DNA of 64,000 nucleotides from contig JAGGZE010000100.1 of the NCBI GenBank assembly GCA_021162205.1, positions 587 through 64,586 on the forward strand, in the 5' to 3' direction. Shown in pieces: positions 61,281 to 64,000 of this stretch. Below the pieces are notes generated by a model, which saw nothing but the letters and a program-made list of their open reading frames with translations, searched no databases and was not told the origin of the DNA. Within the stretch, counting starts at the first letter, position 1. Each line of letters opens with the position of its first letter. Origin of the DNA: a bacterium. Its GTDB lineage: Bacteria > UBP14 > UBA6098 > B30-G16. Both the position numbers and the translations under genes were made by a program.

Positions 61281-61730
61281 CAACACCCTTTGGGTGTTTT
61301 CTTCGCATTGCGTTCCTTGCCGATAAAATCGACAATTCCCTGCAATGCCTGATTAATAAATAACATTTCAACCATTAAAAAGAACCGCAGGCATTCGCCT
61401 GTTTTTATTGTGCAACTTTTCTTACCGATAGAATCGGTAATTCCTTGTTGCACCTGATTAATCAAAATTTCTCGGCGACAATGAATTTCACTCTTGTGAA
61501 AAAAAAGTCGCCCCTAAAAAGAGCCGAAGGGCTCTTGCAACGCCAGATTGATAAATAACCATATTAAAATGTCTGGGCGACAATGAATTGCTGATTCCAT
61601 CAGCAAGAAAAGTCGCCGTTAAAAAGAACGAAGGTTCTTTCTAACGACCTTTGGTCGTTAGAAATACTAAAGTTTTCTGGAAGGGGTTCGGGGGAACTTC
61701 TTTTGAAAAAGAAGTTCCCCCGAAAAAAAA
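61281..61730. repeat. Mosaic intergenic repeat locus D: about 3.5 tandem units filling the whole 550-bp spacer between two minus-strand genes.
   Basis: Units with outer stems gcattgc/gcaatgc and gtgcaac/gttgcac enclosing the palindromes cgat-aaa-atcg and accgat-aga-atcggt. Repeated AT boxes 'ctgattaataaataacatttcaaccattaaaaag'. Hairpins caggc-attc-gcctg+TTTTT, agagcc-gaa-gggctct, agaac-gaa-ggttct, ggcgac...gtcgcc. A terminal 14-bp-stem hairpin ggggaacttctttt-gaaa-aagaagttcccc. Confidence 0.8.
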
Positions 61731-61768
61731 TCGAGGGTTTTATAATAATACATGTTCGCTCGCTTTAA

Positions 61769-62440
61769 TTAGTCGGAAAGCTTGCCGATTATAACCGAAT
61801 AAATATGCTGTTGATTGAGTGTGGACGAGGAAATCGGCATAATATATTCGATATGATATTCGCGCTGGTCATCCTGAGAATCCCAGATATTATCGCCAGT
61901 ATTATATGGGTCCTCAGCCCAAAGACCTTCAAATTCATCTATAGAGCCGACGCTATCCTCGGGAAGAACAATCCAGCTCGGCGGTGCAGGTGTCAGTGAA
62001 TCGCCATCGGATAGCTCGAATGAATAAGCACCGGCAAATTTATTCTCCGCATTAACAGTAGGACAGGTGATATTCATAGCATCGTGAGACCAGTCGGGTC
62101 CCGTTCGACCATTATCGAGATAAGTATCGAAATCGAGCGTGATTCCGCCGGTGTTTTCGAGCCAAAAAACTCGATGAATAATATCGCAGGGATGGACGAT
62201 TGTATCCCCAGTTGCCGCGAATGTATCAGCAACTGTGGAAAATGAAAATATTGCCGCAGTAGTGTTTTCAGAACCGACTCCGCCCTCGTTGAATGTCCAC
62301 GATGCACCGACCATACTAACATGAATAGATATATGACCGGGTGTGCCTTCATCGAGGATTAATGGTTGAGCCTGCAATATTGTAAAACCCAATACAATAG
62401 AAATAATTATGAAGTATAAATGTTTTAGAAATAGTTTCAT
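61769..62440 (-). CDS. Hypothetical secreted protein.
   Basis: 223 aa with a signal peptide (MKLFLKHLYFIIISIVLGFTILQAQ); no recognisable motifs. Confidence 0.4.
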   Translation of the reverse strand: MKLFLKHLYFIIISIVLGFTILQAQPLILDEGTPGHISIHVSMVGASWTFNEGGVGSENTTAAIFSFSTVADTFAATGDTIVHPCDIIHRVFWLENTGGITLDFDTYLDNGRTGPDWSHDAMNITCPTVNAENKFAGAYSFELSDGDSLTPAPPSWIVLPEDSVGSIDEFEGLWAEDPYNTGDNIWDSQDDQREYHIEYIMPISSSTLNQQHIYSVIIGKLSD

Positions 62441-62527
62441 TATTTAAAAATAATTTCAATAAAATAAATTGCAAGGAAAAAAATAAAAAAACCCATAGCT
62501 CACCAAATTTAGAATTTATATCGAAAA

Positions 62528-63481
62528 TCATATAATTTTTCGCTGTAAAATATCGTGCATATGTAAGAATCCGACAACTTTGCCGTTGTCCATCACGACT
62601 ATCGATGTTATTTTATTTTGCTCGAAAATCTGCAATGCCTCTTCTGCGATAGCATCTGGTGGAATCGTTTTCGGCGCGAGTGTTGCGAAATTAACGACAT
62701 TTGTATCGAGTGGGTCGTCTATATCTTTACATTGGATAGCTCGTCTGACATCGCCATCTGTTAATATCCCGAGCAATTTTTCGTCATCCATTATCAATGT
62801 AGTGCCGAATTTTTTCTCGGTAATTTCGATAATAGCATCGCGTAAATTTGCATTTTTTGATACGAACGGAATTTCATCGTCGGTATGCATCAATTCGGAG
62901 ACTTTTGTTAGACGGCGCCCGAGTGAGCCACCAGGATGATTTGCACGAAACTGCTGTTTTGTGATACTCTTTATCTGCATTATCCCGCAAGCGATTGCAT
63001 CGCCGATAGCGATTGAACATACGACACTCGTAGTCGGTATGATTCCCAATGGGTCGCCCTCGGATTTTGTCGGTAGAATAATTATCACATCGGATTTTTT
63101 TTCGAGTGGGGAATTTTCATCGGCTGTTATCCCTATAATTGGCAGTCCCCATCGTTTGAACTCGCCGAGTAGAATATCGAGTTCCTCGGTCCTGCCGCTT
63201 TTGGAAATACATATAACGACATCGTTTGCGGAAAGGACTCCCAGTTCGCCGTGAAGTGCCTCGGTTGGATGAAGGAAAATTGCAGGCGAACCGATAGATG
63301 TTAGCGTTGCCGCTATTTTTCTTGCCGCTGCACCAGATTTGCCGAGTCCTGTTATAATTATTCTGCCATCGCATTCCGAGCAAATTCGAGCAGCATCGGT
63401 AATCGCATCTATTTGACCTGCAAGATTCGCTATGTTTTGGCTTTCGTGTGCCAAAAGTTTTTTTATAGTTTCTTTGAGCAT
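62528..63481 (-). CDS. kdsD: Arabinose-5-phosphate isomerase (KpsF/GutQ/KdsD family; SIS domain plus tandem CBS).
   Basis: 'IIITGLGKSGAAARKIAATL', 'VVICISKSGRTEE', and C-terminal CBS pair motifs. Confidence 0.75.
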   Translation of the reverse strand: MLKETIKKLLAHESQNIANLAGQIDAITDAARICSECDGRIIITGLGKSGAAARKIAATLTSIGSPAIFLHPTEALHGELGVLSANDVVICISKSGRTEELDILLGEFKRWGLPIIGITADENSPLEKKSDVIIILPTKSEGDPLGIIPTTSVVCSIAIGDAIACGIMQIKSITKQQFRANHPGGSLGRRLTKVSELMHTDDEIPFVSKNANLRDAIIEITEKKFGTTLIMDDEKLLGILTDGDVRRAIQCKDIDDPLDTNVVNFATLAPKTIPPDAIAEEALQIFEQNKITSIVVMDNGKVVGFLHMHDILQRKII

Positions 63482-63484
63482 AAT

Positions 63485-64000
63485 TCACCCTCGCTTTGTT
63501 ATTAAACTTGTTTTATTCAACAATTCGAGCATTTGAACTAACCATTTTTGTTTATGAGCGATGATTTTTTTCGATTTTTCTATCCAATCGGTCGTTTCGA
63601 GTAAATCCAATACACTGTCGGGTCTTGCGATAGTTTCAAGAAATGAACCAGAACCGCCGGTGCGGTCATCGTGAGCGATAAGTATGCCGGGAATTCCAAA
63701 CGATGCCGATGCTCCGATTCCGTGAAGTCTCGTGCCGATTACAATATCGAAATCGCGGTAGAATCGAACGAGTTGCTCGGTATCACTCGAATATATAATC
63801 GGAGCAGATTCGCCGAAATTTTCCATAGCTTCGATTACATCGGCAAAGTGATGGCAGATTATTTTTGCCCCGCGAGCGAGAAGTTCTCGATACACAGGTA
63901 TCAATGCCGAAAATACATTTTTTGAAATCGAGTTCGCCCAGACCTTTGTTCCCTGAAACACGATACCCATTTGTTTTACATCGGTTATCGGTTTCGCATC
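63485..64000 (-). CDS. Polysaccharide pyruvyl-transferase-like protein (C-terminal part). The N-terminus lies beyond the window end; the frame is open through nt 64000.
   Basis: 'VIGTRLHGIGASASFGIPGILIAHD' resembles the PS_pyruv_trans core motif. Confidence 0.4.
   Translation of the reverse strand, partial: DAKPITDVKQMGIVFQGTKVWANSISKNVFSALIPVYRELLARGAKIICHHFADVIEAMENFGESAPIIYSSDTEQLVRFYRDFDIVIGTRLHGIGASASFGIPGILIAHDDRTGGSGSFLETIARPDSVLDLLETTDWIEKSKKIIAHKQKWLVQMLELLNKTSLITKRG

Overview
The window is a low-GC bacterial chromosomal segment. Type A and type B type IX secretion system (T9SS) sorting domains and sparse Shine-Dalgarno use point to the FCB superphylum (inference). Gene content is a 5'-truncated giant gene (more than 5,920 aa, open to the window edge) of bacterial Ig-like (Big) domains with a diverged 2.4-kb internal tandem duplication and a thrice-repeated Cys-containing module, followed by a small secreted protein and a TPR protein. 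Then thiE and a secretion module: a 1,797-aa repeat protein ending in a T9SS type B (gliding-motility) C-terminal domain, then a PorP/SprF-like beta-barrel fused to two OmpA-like domains, then a SurA-like chaperone. A divergently encoded tRNA-Ser follows. Next is a five-gene redox operon: an HdrL-like giant HdrA with an NfnB/GltD-like insert, MvhD, and three Flx/HydBG/AsrAB-like Fe-S/flavin subunits, with no hydrogenase catalytic subunit and no HdrBC. Housekeeping genes follow: nfi, a Mut7-C RNase, standalone tRNA-Ile/tRNA-Ala, a TatD-RsmA fusion, rpsO-pnp, rplU, bamA, truB, mazG, ftsE, a T9SS type A CTD protein, rnhA, a COG1579 zinc-ribbon gene, nif3, tRNA-Val/tRNA-Met, mutS2, a PLP enzyme, a secreted hypothetical, kdsD and a partial pyruvyl-transferase-like gene. 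The most unusual signals are non-coding. A mosaic intergenic repeat family occurs at 4 loci in both orientations, has compensatory changes in a nested hairpin, and sits next to tRNAs. An 18-bp palindromic tandem repeat is inserted in-frame at two sites inside rnhA. No transposases, CRISPR arrays, rRNA genes or obvious defence systems were seen.
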